Below the pieces are notes generated by a model. That model saw nothing but the letters and a program-made list of their open reading frames with translations. It ran no database searches and was not told the DNA's origin. Positions 63,813 through 64,000 of a stretch of 64,000 nt of DNA are shown piece by piece. Both the position numbers and the translations under genes were made by a program. Position 1 is the stretch's first letter, and each line of letters opens with the position of its first letter. This DNA is from Balanoglossus misakiensis (lineage: Eukaryota; Animalia; Hemichordata), in contig CM082580.2 of the NCBI GenBank assembly GCA_040954595.2, forward strand, positions 10,332,390-10,396,389, written 5' to 3'.

Positions 63813-64000
63813 GAACCTGCATGATTTCAAACAAAAAGGTGGCCAAATAAGGACCATACGAAAATCAAGGAAAAGCATTTTTGTTTTCTAAACATAAAGA
63901 ATAGATTCAGCATTTTCATCCAGACAAAATTAGGAGAAATTTGTTTGGACATTTAAACTGTTCAATTCTTTGATAGAACCTTGATCTTTTCTGAGAATAA

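Noticed and set aside
62473-64000. Next upstream gene A exon (expected DDSYL-type end) and the 132-aa ORF 62912-63310
   Set aside because: No integrin-like peptide with a phase-1 donor was found, so the exon presumably lies beyond the window; presence or absence of an I-domain cannot be seen directly.

Overview
Eukaryotic, intron-rich, AT-rich animal DNA. The repeat style and abundant TACATGTA suggest a marine invertebrate deuterostome such as a hemichordate, echinoderm or amphioxus, but this is inference only. Almost all listed ORFs are chance ORFs or exon fragments. The window holds two tandem, same-orientation (minus strand) integrin alpha genes of the RGD-binding PS2 clade (alphaV/alpha5/alpha8/alphaIIb-like). 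Gene A enters from beyond 64000; I could splice 23 GT-AG exons (62472 to 23433, 2426 nt, about 807 aa plus stop) in one frame, covering propeller blades 4-7, thigh, genu, calf-1, calf-2 with a furin site, TM, GFFKR and a Ser-rich tail, followed by a probable 3.9 kb 3'UTR. Gene B starts at 4616 (signal peptide, FNIDTESP, FG-GAP 1) and runs off the left edge after exon 2. The CpG-rich 15 kb between them has enhancer-like motif clusters and two sets of well-formed splice signals suggesting unannotated spliced transcripts (plus strand about 7.5-8.2 kb, minus strand about 17.7-19.2 kb). No prokaryote-type system, CRISPR array, rRNA or intact tRNA was seen.
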